UHGV virus genome: UHGV-2053148
Source of the DNA: a virus
Direction: 5' to 3' (one strand)
DNA length: 35,104 bases
The translations under genes and the position numbers were made by a program. A model generated the notes under the pieces. That model was not told the origin of the DNA. It made no database searches and worked only from the letters and a program-made list of their open reading frames with translations. The first letter of the stretch is position 1; every line of letters starts with the position of its first letter. This document shows, in pieces, positions 1 to 8,327 of this stretch.

Positions 1-142
1 ATGAAGCCGGAGGCATCATCCCCTGTGAATGGGCTTCTTTCCGGGAATTGAGAGAAGAAGCGGAACAGGGAGGATGAAGGATAATCGACTGTCACCCATT
101 GAATCTTGATTCCGTTTCCATGAACCATTAAACTACAACCGC

Positions 143-652
143 AGGAAAAAGAAACCTACCATCAAAAGAAAACCGGGGCGGCCGAGCCTCTACACCGAGG
201 AACTGGCCGCCGAGATAGCCTCCCGCCTGGCCAACGGGGAAACCATGAAATCCATCTGCTCCGATGACCACATGCCGGATGTTTTAACTGTCTGGAGATG
301 GAGACACGAGCGGGAAGATTTTTGTAAACTCATTCAACGCGCGCGGGAAGCGCAATCGGAAGCCATGCTTGACGCCTGCCAGGAGCTGGCCGACGAGGCC
401 GCGAAAGTCGCCCTCGACCCGGAATGCGGCTCCGCTGCTGTCGCCGCCAAAAAGCTGGCCATTGAAACGCGGTTGAAAGTCGCCGCCCGATTCGCGCCGG
501 AAAAATTCGGCGACCGGGTCCGTCAGGATGTCGCCGGCGTTCCCGGCGCGCCGCTGGAACGGAAAATCACCCTGGACCCCGAGCAGCTGGCCCAGCTGCA
601 GGAAGACGAGAAAACCGCGCTGGAAACCATCGCCGGCAAACTCCACGCTTAA
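143..652 (+). CDS. Terminase small subunit (DNA-packaging protein). The first canonical start is ATG 245, but the conserved N-terminus is encoded upstream of it. Proposed AGG start at 143.
   Basis: Translating the same frame upstream of ATG 245 gives KKKPTIKRKPGRPSLYTEELAAEIASRLANGETMKSICSDDHMPDVLTVWRW. This is the hallmark HTH N-terminus of this small-terminase family (GRPS.YT.EL...I..RLA.GE). There is no ATG/GTG/TTG in frame between the TGA at 107-109 and 245. An in-frame CAGG lies at 142-145, with an AACCATT motif 13 nt upstream. Confidence 0.75.
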   Translation, partial: RKKKPTIKRKPGRPSLYTEELAAEIASRLANGETMKSICSDDHMPDVLTVWRWRHEREDFCKLIQRAREAQSEAMLDACQELADEAAKVALDPECGSAAVAAKKLAIETRLKVAARFAPEKFGDRVRQDVAGVPGAPLERKITLDPEQLAQLQEDEKTALETIAGKLHA

Positions 653-658
653 CAGACC

Positions 659-2032
659 AGGACACGCCTCCCCGTCAGCTTCTTCCTCCGCCATGTCCTC
701 CGCCTGGATCCCTATCCCTGGCAGGTGGAGGCCATCAAGGCGTTGTCCCTCGGCAAGCTGACCCTGGGAGGGAAAAGCGTGGCTCTGGTCGCTCCCAACG
801 GATCCGGCAAGACGAGCAACTGCATCGCTCCGGCCATCCTGTACTTCCTCACCTACTTCCCGCGGGGGCAGGTTCCGGTCACGTCATCGTCGTGGATGCA
901 GGTGGAAAAGCAGCTCTTTCCCGCGCTCCGCCGCTACATGGACAACCCTTTCTTTGACGGCTGGACATTCAACAAAACCGAGATTCGCACGCCGGAGGGA
1001 GGCTTTGCCGTGGGCTTCTCGACCGACAACGCCGGCCGCGCGGAAGGATGGCACCCGAAAATCTCGCCCGACGTGGACCCCGTCTTTTACGTCCTCGACG
1101 AGGCTAAAACCATCCCGGACTCCATCTTCACCGCCGTTTCCCGCTGCACGCTCTTTCACGCGTTCATCACCTCGTCGCCTGGTGCCGATTCCGGCACCTT
1201 CTACGATTGCTTTCACAAAAATTCATCCCTCTACTACAAAATCCGCGTCAAATACGAGGATTGCCCGCACATTGAAATCAACGACCCGGGCAAGGCCGAA
1301 CGACTGAAAAAAGAATACGGAGAGCAGTCCTCCTTCTATCGCTCGGCCATCCTCGGCGAATTTACTGACCTTGATGGACAATCCGTCATTTCCCGGCGCT
1401 CTCTCATGGAGCTGGTCAACAACCCGCCTCCCTTCCTGGACACCGGAGAGACCTGCGGCGGCTTTGACTTCGCGGCCGGAGGCGACGAAAACGTCTTCGC
1501 GGCGGGACAGGGCAATCGTTTTTTCATCGCCGACCACTGGGCCGACCCGGACACCGTAGGAGCGCGCGGACGTTTCCGCCGGAAGGCCGCCGAGCTCGGC
1601 ATCTCCGCCGACCGCATCTTTGCCGACGGCGACGGCCTGGGGCTCCCCATCATTGACGACTTCCGCGCCGAGGGCTTTCCGGTGCACTCCTACCGGGGAG
1701 GCTTTCCGGCGGATGACACACAAGCCTTTGTCAACCTGCGCGCCCAGGCATGGCGGGCCCTGGCACGCGCCATCGAGGAAAAAGAACTCATCCTCGACAT
1801 TGACGAGGATACGATTGAACAGCTTGTGGCGCCCCGAATCCAAACCGACGCAATAGGCCGCGTCCGAATTGAGAGCAAGGAAGATATGGCGAAACGGGGC
1901 GTTCGCTCCCCAGACCGGGCTGACGCCCTCGTCATGGCCTGGCACGCGCGCCGGAACAGCGGACTGGCGCGGACGCTTGGAGCCTGGTACGCCCGGCCCG
2001 TGTCATCAAAACGCGCTTACGGAAGATATTAG
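659..2032 (+). CDS. Terminase large subunit (ATPase plus nuclease). The ORF-track start is GTG 725; the conserved LDPYPWQ motif begins upstream, so an AGG start at 659 is proposed.
   Basis: Walker A VALVAPNGSGKT, Walker B FYVLDEAKTI, nuclease motifs (FDFAAGGDENVFAAG ... SPDRADALVMAW). Same frame as terS, separated only by TAA 650-652. GTG 725 would cut through the PYPWQVEAI motif. CAGG at 658-661. Confidence 0.85.
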   Translation, partial: RTRLPVSFFLRHVLRLDPYPWQVEAIKALSLGKLTLGGKSVALVAPNGSGKTSNCIAPAILYFLTYFPRGQVPVTSSSWMQVEKQLFPALRRYMDNPFFDGWTFNKTEIRTPEGGFAVGFSTDNAGRAEGWHPKISPDVDPVFYVLDEAKTIPDSIFTAVSRCTLFHAFITSSPGADSGTFYDCFHKNSSLYYKIRVKYEDCPHIEINDPGKAERLKKEYGEQSSFYRSAILGEFTDLDGQSVISRRSLMELVNNPPPFLDTGETCGGFDFAAGGDENVFAAGQGNRFFIADHWADPDTVGARGRFRRKAAELGISADRIFADGDGLGLPIIDDFRAEGFPVHSYRGGFPADDTQAFVNLRAQAWRALARAIEEKELILDIDEDTIEQLVAPRIQTDAIGRVRIESKEDMAKRGVRSPDRADALVMAWHARRNSGLARTLGAWYARPVSSKRAYGRY

Positions 2033-2033
2033 G

Positions 2034-2062
2034 GTTGACAATATATCAACGTATCAATATAT
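2034..2062 (+). promoter_or_regulatory. Sigma70-like promoter (TTGACA - 17 nt - TATATG) upstream of the tRNA-like gene
   Basis: TTGACA at 2034-2039, 17-nt AT-rich spacer, TATATG at 2057-2062. Sits in the 243-bp non-coding gap after terL. Confidence 0.4.
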
Positions 2063-2079
2063 GAAGATATGTAATTAAT

Positions 2080-2153
2080 CGCAGGGTGGTGAAACGGTAT
2101 CACGCGGGGTTCCTGTCCCCGAATCGAAGGTCCAACTCCTTCCCCTGCAACCA
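2080..2153 (+). tRNA. tRNA-like gene, anticodon CCU (decodes AGG), with initiator-tRNA hallmarks (C1xA72 mismatch, three G:C pairs at the anticodon-stem base), CCA encoded
   Basis: Hand fold: acceptor CGCAGGG / CCCTGCA (6 bp plus a C1.A72 mismatch), U8. D stem GTGA/TCAC, D loop AACGGTA (A14, G18G19, A21). Anticodon stem CGGGG/CCCCG, loop TTCCTGT (U33, anticodon CCT, purine 37). Variable loop AATC. T stem GAAGG/CCTTC, T loop TCCAACT (atypical C55). Discriminator A then CCA. The acceptor stem differs from E. coli tRNA-fMet (CGCGGGG...CCCCGCAACCA) at one base pair. Confidence 0.55.
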
Positions 2154-2275
2154 AACTTTTCCTTTCTTTTCGCCGCAGGTTTAACGCCGTCAAAAATATC
2201 CTCAACGCCCCGAAGCTGGTCGCCCAACAGGAGACCAGAATCAAGGATCTTGAAACGGAACTCACCCGGCGAGCG

Positions 2276-3541
2276 TTGACGGAACAGAGCCGGAAGCCTA
2301 ACCGGCCACAGTGGTACGAATACTGGGATCCGTTACAGGGAGCCGACCTGCAAACCCTGATTGACGCCCGGAACGAAGCGCGGCGTGGAGCCTTTGCCCG
2401 CCAGATGCTCATCTGGGACGAGGTCATCTATTCGGACGGGCTGCTGGGCATGCTCTACTCCCGGCTCATTGAAAGCGTTTCCATGCAGGGATGGAAGATT
2501 GACGCCGCGGACGACAGCCCGGAAGCGCAGAGCCAGAAAAACGCGCTGGAAGAATTCTATCACTCCGTCACCGGACTTCAACAGGCTTTCGGTCAGCTGG
2601 CTTCCGCCATGTTCTACGGTTACGCCCACCTCCAATACATTGAGGACGCCTGGGGCCGCCGCTTTGAATTCATCCCCCAACGCTATTGGGTCCGCCCCGG
2701 CGCGCTGAATGAATGGCAGTTCAACCCCCAGTGCTACATTGGGGTCGACACAGGGGAAAGCGTGGAAGAAGAAACGCTCGTGATCATGGAGCACCGGAAC
2801 CCCATTCTTTTCCCGGCAACCCGCGCCTCTTTTGAGCGCAACCACGCCAAAGTGACGTGGGACAACCACATGGACCGCTACGGAAGCGCCCCTGCCATCA
2901 TCACGGCTCCCAAAGACGCGAGCCCCGCCATCATGGACGCGCTGGAACGGGCCTGTGAGCAGCTTAAATCCGGCGCATCCATCGTGCTGCCTCCAGGCTG
3001 CACCGCGGAACCGTTGAAAGCCTCCAACATCAACGAAAACTATTTCCTATCCCGCATCAACATGGCCGACAAGGACCAGGTGCGGTTTGTGATGGCCGGC
3101 ACCCTGACCGTTCTGAATGAATCAGGATCCGGCACGCTGGCCGGGGGAGCGCACACGGATAGCTGGAATTCGGTCGTCTCCGCGGTCTGTTCCAAGGTCG
3201 CCGAAGCTTTTAACGCCGCCATCAGCCCGCTTGTTCTGGGAGACGGCGAACCGCTGGCCCGCCTCCACATCACCTTTGACACCGTCCAGACGCCATTGCA
3301 GAAGGCCGAGGAAATCGCCGCCCTTGCGGACGGAGGCGTCCGTCCGGAGAAAACCGAAATCGAAGAAAAGATCGGCATGTCGATCGAGGACTCGAGGGAG
3401 CCCGTTCCGGCGATGGCGGCAGTCAACAGGGATGGCTCCGCATCCCTCATTCCTCCCGACGCCTACGAACAGCTGCAGCAGATGATTTACGCCGGCCTCA
3501 TGAAAGGATTTACCGATGATCAGTTCCAGACAAATCAATGA
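2276..3541 (+). CDS. Portal protein (Mu gp29 / DUF935-like). ORF-track start is TTG 2276; the alternative in-frame CAGG start at 2177 is 24 nt after the tRNA-like gene.
   Basis: Sits immediately after terL. N-terminal region resembles DUF935 portals (ADLQTLIDARNEARRGAFARQMLIWDEVIYSDGLLGMLYSRL). The upstream in-frame stretch from 2177 reads MFNAVKNILNAPKLVAQQETRIKDLETEL, which looks coding. Confidence 0.65.
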   Translation: MTEQSRKPNRPQWYEYWDPLQGADLQTLIDARNEARRGAFARQMLIWDEVIYSDGLLGMLYSRLIESVSMQGWKIDAADDSPEAQSQKNALEEFYHSVTGLQQAFGQLASAMFYGYAHLQYIEDAWGRRFEFIPQRYWVRPGALNEWQFNPQCYIGVDTGESVEEETLVIMEHRNPILFPATRASFERNHAKVTWDNHMDRYGSAPAIITAPKDASPAIMDALERACEQLKSGASIVLPPGCTAEPLKASNINENYFLSRINMADKDQVRFVMAGTLTVLNESGSGTLAGGAHTDSWNSVVSAVCSKVAEAFNAAISPLVLGDGEPLARLHITFDTVQTPLQKAEEIAALADGGVRPEKTEIEEKIGMSIEDSREPVPAMAAVNRDGSASLIPPDAYEQLQQMIYAGLMKGFTDDQFQTNQ

Positions 3542-4631
3542 CCTGTCCAGGCCCGCCAACGGCTGGTTCCACATTGAAAAAAGCGGGGACCATGACGTCG
3601 ACTACGGCGAAGGCCCCGCCGTGCTGCGCATCGACGAGCAGGCGATCAGGGACATGGTGGACGACTTCAACGCCCGCACCTTTGACGGCCCTGGCATGCT
3701 CATCGACGGCGACCACCTGAGCCACGACCTTTCCCGCGATACGCGGGCGCTCGGATGGCTCAAGAAGCTGGACACCTACCGAGACCCTTCCGGCACGCTG
3801 GAACTGTACGGGTTCATCGAATGGACGCCGCGCGGACTGAAGATGCTGGAGGACAAAGAATACACGCAATCCTCCACGGAATACGGCGACGGGATGTCCT
3901 TCAAAGACGGAGTTTATCGCCCGTCACGGTTGACCGGATTTGCCCTGACCAACCGCCCCCGAATCAAGGGCAAGCGGCCGCTGGTCAATCGACAGACTTC
4001 CCCCGCCTCTGACGAGGCCGGGGGCGACACCAAAAGCCCCACCGAAGAGGGGGAAACAAACCAGAACACCAATATGGACAACGACGATAGAGAATATCCG
4101 TCCAAGGAAATGGACAAGGCCCAGCGGGCCCTGTTTGATTCCCTGCTTGACAAGCTGGATGTCGAATTTGACGGCACCGACGACATGAGCAGGGCTATCC
4201 TCGGACGCCTTGACGAACTGCTCTCGCTGGAAAAGCGTGAGAAAGACCACGTGAACGCCGAAGTGGACGACGCCGTCAGCACGTACGAAAACGCGCTGGA
4301 CGAAGAAGAACGCAAGGAATTCACGGAAGAACGCCGGGAAGAGCTGAAAAACTCTCTCCGGGAAAGCCCCGCCGCGCTGGACGCCTTTGTCAGGGCGCTC
4401 AACCGCCAGACTCAGCCCAAGAACAAAGAGGAGACGGAAAGGAAAGATCCGCCGAAAAGGCAGCCCCTGAACCGCCGCGCTACCCTGACGCCTCCCAACC
4501 CATTCCGCAAGAAGGAATCCATTGACGGATTCAACAACCGCGTGAACGAACTGATCAAGGACGGCATGAAGCGCTATGACGCCTACCAGAAAGCGACCGA
4601 AGAAGGCTTCATTGTCTCCGCCAACCGATAA
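3516..4631 (+). CDS. Prohead protease / scaffold fusion (Mu I-like protease N-domain plus acidic coiled-coil scaffold C-domain)
   Basis: N-terminus GWFHIEKSGDHDVDYGEGPAVLRIDEQAIRDMVDDFNARTFDGPGMLIDGDHLS matches the Mu-like prophage protein I family. C-terminal half is acidic and coiled-coil. Overlaps the portal stop. Confidence 0.65.
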   Translation: MISSRQINDLSRPANGWFHIEKSGDHDVDYGEGPAVLRIDEQAIRDMVDDFNARTFDGPGMLIDGDHLSHDLSRDTRALGWLKKLDTYRDPSGTLELYGFIEWTPRGLKMLEDKEYTQSSTEYGDGMSFKDGVYRPSRLTGFALTNRPRIKGKRPLVNRQTSPASDEAGGDTKSPTEEGETNQNTNMDNDDREYPSKEMDKAQRALFDSLLDKLDVEFDGTDDMSRAILGRLDELLSLEKREKDHVNAEVDDAVSTYENALDEEERKEFTEERREELKNSLRESPAALDAFVRALNRQTQPKNKEETERKDPPKRQPLNRRATLTPPNPFRKKESIDGFNNRVNELIKDGMKRYDAYQKATEEGFIVSANR

Positions 4632-4649
4632 CTCAATCCATATCAACAA

Positions 4650-5081
4650 ATGCCATCACTCAACGTAACCCAGAAAAGCGCCATCGTCTATTTCAACGCC
4701 CCGGAAGGCGTTGACCTGTGCGGACAGGAAGGAACCGTCGTGGCGCTGACCGCCAATCCTGACATCCCCGAATTTGTTGGGACTCCATTGTCCGCCATTC
4801 CTACGCAGACGCAGCTGCTCGGCGTCGTCCTGCAGGGACAGCCCAACAAGGGGACCTGCGTCGCCGCTCTCGTCGGCATGTATGCCGGCCTGATCAAGGC
4901 GGCCCTATCCGACACGCCCGGAACCATCAACGCCGGAACGCCCGTCACCATCACGGCCAACGGGACATGGAAGGCCGCCGCCAGCGGCGACACCGTCTAC
5001 GCGCGCGTCATTCATGCCCAGTGGGAACAGGGCCTTGTGGAAATCGGCTTCGTTCCGTCCTACCAGGTCGCCGCAGCCTAA
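4650..5081 (+). CDS. Hypothetical head protein (possible decoration or accessory capsid protein)
   Basis: 143-aa Gly/Thr/Ala-rich beta-type protein between the scaffold and the major capsid gene. Confidence 0.35.
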   Translation: MPSLNVTQKSAIVYFNAPEGVDLCGQEGTVVALTANPDIPEFVGTPLSAIPTQTQLLGVVLQGQPNKGTCVAALVGMYAGLIKAALSDTPGTINAGTPVTITANGTWKAAASGDTVYARVIHAQWEQGLVEIGFVPSYQVAAA

Positions 5082-5241
5082 CTATTAACCCCAACCAACA
5101 GAAAGACCAAGAACAAGGGCTACTCCATTTTGCTCCGCCGTTCAGTTCACCGATGTCCTGACCTCCTATTCCGCGGGGTCCGGCAACACTGAAGAGAACT
5201 CCATCATCAGCCGCATCGCTCCGATCGTCCCGGTCTATGAC

Positions 5242-6042
5242 ATGAATTTTCAGTATAAGGTCTGGGACAAGAAAGCGGCCTTCACCGTCCAGCCCATCCA
5301 GGTGGGACCGGGCGAATCTCCCCGCCAGACCGTCCTGCGCGGAAGAAACGAAACAGACACCCTTCAGGGCTACGGCTTGACGCTGCCCATCCCTGACGCC
5401 TTGCTGGGCGTCAACCGGGAAAAGGCGCAGGCCATCACCCTGGCGGAATACAAACTCATCGAATCCCAGTTTGTGACGTCGTACGAATACGAACGCGCCA
5501 AGCTTCTGATGAGCCAGCTTCCGGCCGCTTCCGGGATGGGCGACTGGGCCAACCAGCAGAAAAACCCGTTGGCGGATCTGGACCAGGCGATCCTGTCCAT
5601 CAATGCCGCAACCGGACACATGCCGAACACGATTGTCTTCGGCATCAACGCATGGCAGCTGCTTCGCTCCAACACGCTCGCGCGTCAGGTGGTTTCCTTC
5701 AACAGCGTCGGCCTGTTCAACGAAGACCTGCTTCGCATGGCGCTGATCCGTCCCATCCGGGATATTTACATCGCCTCCATGCCGTACCGCGACGCTTCCG
5801 GCGACGCGAAAACCATCATGGAAAACGAAGTCTATGTCTTATACAAGGAAGATTCCCCGACGCAGTTCGACGCCTCCGCCGTCAAAACCTTCGGGCTTTC
5901 CGGCAAGCTTCGCCGCGAAGTCATCACCGAATACAAGCCGACGCCGGCCTTGACGCTCGTCACCAACCGGGTCTACTCGCTGACCAAGCTGACCAACCCC
6001 GGCGCCATCATCCGCATCGACGCGACGGCCTCCTCCGATTAA
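5242..6042 (+). CDS. Major capsid protein (Mu T-like / HK97 fold)
   Basis: 266-aa protein placed after protease/scaffold in a Mu-like head module. Canonical ATG start. The upstream in-frame region is Pro/Arg-rich and non-coding-like. Confidence 0.7.
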   Translation: MNFQYKVWDKKAAFTVQPIQVGPGESPRQTVLRGRNETDTLQGYGLTLPIPDALLGVNREKAQAITLAEYKLIESQFVTSYEYERAKLLMSQLPAASGMGDWANQQKNPLADLDQAILSINAATGHMPNTIVFGINAWQLLRSNTLARQVVSFNSVGLFNEDLLRMALIRPIRDIYIASMPYRDASGDAKTIMENEVYVLYKEDSPTQFDASAVKTFGLSGKLRREVITEYKPTPALTLVTNRVYSLTKLTNPGAIIRIDATASSD

Positions 6043-6061
6043 CCCCAACCCCGCCTCCATC

Positions 6062-6538
6062 ATGTCCGCCTTTCCTGCCTGGTCCACGATTTCCACCGAC
6101 GAAGCCGATCGGCTGCTCGGCCTCAACACCGCCGAACGCGACGCCCTGGTGACCGCCGGGGAGCAGCGCAGCCTGGACTATCGGGACGTCATGATGGAGG
6201 CGGTCAACGATGTCTGCATGACCATCCGCGGGGCGCTGGCCAACAACCTCGCCCTGCGGCAATCCCTACAAAACAGCGGCATGTACGACATCCCGCAAAG
6301 CATGCGGTCACTGGCATGGCCGCTAATCATCCGGCAGCTCTACCTGCGCTACCAGATCAACCTGACCGAGACGCGCCAGAAGGCCGCCGAATCGGCGGAC
6401 GCGATGCTGGCGCTCTACGCCAAAGGGGACATGCTGCCGGAAAGCGTGGACGGTTCCGCGCCCGCGGATCCCGCCTACATGATGCCGCGCTACACGCGCC
6501 GCCCCTGGTTCAACCCCATGCGAAGCACCTACCGATGA
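6062..6538 (+). CDS. Hypothetical head completion or head-tail connector protein
   Basis: 158-aa ORF directly after the capsid gene. Its stop overlaps the next gene's start (ATGA). Confidence 0.4.
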   Translation: MSAFPAWSTISTDEADRLLGLNTAERDALVTAGEQRSLDYRDVMMEAVNDVCMTIRGALANNLALRQSLQNSGMYDIPQSMRSLAWPLIIRQLYLRYQINLTETRQKAAESADAMLALYAKGDMLPESVDGSAPADPAYMMPRYTRRPWFNPMRSTYR

Positions 6539-7671
6539 TGACCGCCGCCCAGATGGAGATGATCGCCAACGACTACGCCGAACGCGCCTTCTTCGTGTCC
6601 GGGGTAGAACCCGGCGTCATCCTGTCCGATTTCGAGGACAAGGCGTCCCAGGTCGCCTCGGGGGCCTTGAGCTACGAGGAAGCGCAGCAGGCCATCCGCG
6701 AAACCCTGCGCCAGCAGGGCTACCGCCCCCCGGCGACGGGGCAGGGAGGCATTCAGGATTTGTCCTCCTGGGTCCGTATCCAGGTCGTCATGGAAACAAA
6801 CGCGGCCATGGCCCACGGCTACCGGAACTGGTACAACTGGACGATGGACGACGACACGGCCGCCTTCAAATTTTACCGCTCCCAGGGGCGGGAAGACCCG
6901 CGCTATTGGGCCGAACGCTGGAACCGTGCCCGGGCCGGGCTGGAAGAAGAAGCCACGGAAGCGGTATCATCCGGTTTCATCCGCGGAGAAACAGTCGGCT
7001 ATGCGCTGGCGGCCTCCGACATCTGGATCCGCCTCTCGCGGTTCGGAACTCCCTACCCGCCCTTTGACTACCTGTCCGGAATGAACATTGCTCCCATCGG
7101 AGCCGAAGAAGCCCGCGCTGCCGGGCTGGACGTTTCCAGCGTCCGTCCCGCTCCGGCCAGCTTCAACGCCACACTGGAAAGCAATGCCCAGGGTGTGACG
7201 GAAGCCAACAAGAAGAAGATACGCGGCATCCTGAAAGACGCCCTGCGCGTCAACAACGAAAGCGACGGCAATACCACCTTTGTCTATACCGACCCGAACG
7301 GCACGCGGCCTTACACGGACGCGGAACTGGCGGAACTCCTGTCCGGGGATTTCCCGGAAGAGATCCCCTTGCGGCAGGCCCAGGCCTTCCGCCTGGCGGC
7401 AGCCGGGGGAGCGGTGGCCGGAACGCTGGCATCCCTCTACCTGGACCGCCTGCTGGACCGCCTGTTTTCCGAACCGGAAGGCGTCTGGTTCGCCCGGCCC
7501 GCTGATGTGGCTGCCGCGTCGTCCCGCCAGTTCATCCCCGTCTCCCGGAAGGAAGAGGGGGAATTCACCTGGCGCCTTACCTCCGGGCACGTCAAAAAAG
7601 TGGAAGACGTCGCCGGAGCTATCCGCGTGGAACTTCCAACCCCTTACGTTTTGCCCGTCAAATGGCTGTAA
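6535..7671 (+). CDS. Hypothetical virion protein (378 aa). The long ORF-track N-extension from 6316 was rejected.
   Basis: ATGATG at 6535 overlaps the upstream stop (translational coupling). The ORF-track N-terminus from 6316 overlaps the previous gene out of frame and is Arg/Ala/Pro junk. Confidence 0.45.
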   Translation: MMTAAQMEMIANDYAERAFFVSGVEPGVILSDFEDKASQVASGALSYEEAQQAIRETLRQQGYRPPATGQGGIQDLSSWVRIQVVMETNAAMAHGYRNWYNWTMDDDTAAFKFYRSQGREDPRYWAERWNRARAGLEEEATEAVSSGFIRGETVGYALAASDIWIRLSRFGTPYPPFDYLSGMNIAPIGAEEARAAGLDVSSVRPAPASFNATLESNAQGVTEANKKKIRGILKDALRVNNESDGNTTFVYTDPNGTRPYTDAELAELLSGDFPEEIPLRQAQAFRLAAAGGAVAGTLASLYLDRLLDRLFSEPEGVWFARPADVAAASSRQFIPVSRKEEGEFTWRLTSGHVKKVEDVAGAIRVELPTPYVLPVKWL

Positions 7672-8327
7672 CCGTCCATATCGACCAGACCGCGATTGAC
7701 CGGGCGTTTGCCGAGATGGAGCCGTCCGCGGCCCGGCACAAAACAGCCATCCGCAAAGCGGGCGTCGCCCTCAGCCTGCTCATCCAGGAAACCCTGCGCC
7801 AGCAGGGCAAGGACTACTACGATGGCGCGGCGGACGCCACCTCCATGGAAGAAACCGCCGAGGGCGTCAGCGTCTCCATCGCCTGGCGCGGCATCGGCCT
7901 GCACTGGCTCGGCACGCAGGGCTATCTGGGCGGCCCGCTCCGGCCCACCGGGCGCACCTCGGAAATCACGGGGCAGCCGATCCAAAACCTCGCGATTCCC
8001 ACCCTCAACGCCCCGCGCGGGCATGGAGGGGCCCGGAGCATTTACAGCGCCGGGTTCCGCAAAGACGATTTACAATTCATCCCGTCCAGAAACGGAGGAC
8101 GCAACGGCAATGTGACCGGCGTCCTCATCCTCAAGACAGCGCAGTCGTCCACCGGAAAGAAAGCGGCCCGGAAGCTGTTCCGCAAAGGAGCCAGAACCGG
8201 GGACGTCCTCTACGTGCTGTGCCGCGAAGTCACGATCCCGCCCACGCCGGGGATCCTCCCGACGCTGGACCGGATGGCGCAGCGCGCCGCGGAAACCTAC
8301 CTTGCCAACATCGGAAACGAACCATGA
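7662..8327 (+). CDS. Hypothetical virion morphogenesis or neck protein
   Basis: 221-aa ORF. Its start overlaps the previous stop by 10 nt. Structural-module context. Confidence 0.4.
   Translation: MAVTVHIDQTAIDRAFAEMEPSAARHKTAIRKAGVALSLLIQETLRQQGKDYYDGAADATSMEETAEGVSVSIAWRGIGLHWLGTQGYLGGPLRPTGRTSEITGQPIQNLAIPTLNAPRGHGGARSIYSAGFRKDDLQFIPSRNGGRNGNVTGVLILKTAQSSTGKKAARKLFRKGARTGDVLYVLCREVTIPPTPGILPTLDRMAQRAAETYLANIGNEP

Noticed and set aside
74-260. Alternative genetic code (TGA as sense) to extend terS from ATG 74
   Set aside because: RBS spacing to ATG 74 is zero. All long structural ORFs are intact under the standard code. High GC is incompatible with the known TGA-recoded lineages.
5089-5241. 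Possible N-terminal extension of the major capsid gene upstream of ATG 5242
   Set aside because: On careful re-translation the in-frame upstream sequence is Pro/Arg-rich junk (PPIPRGPATLKRTPSS..). My first reading had skipped a base. ATG 5242 is kept, and this is not an AGG-start case.
6316-6534. Long N-terminal extension of the 6316..7671 ORF
   Set aside because: It overlaps the preceding gene in another frame and has Arg/Ala/Pro-rich junk composition. ATGATG at 6535 overlaps the upstream stop in the usual coupled arrangement.
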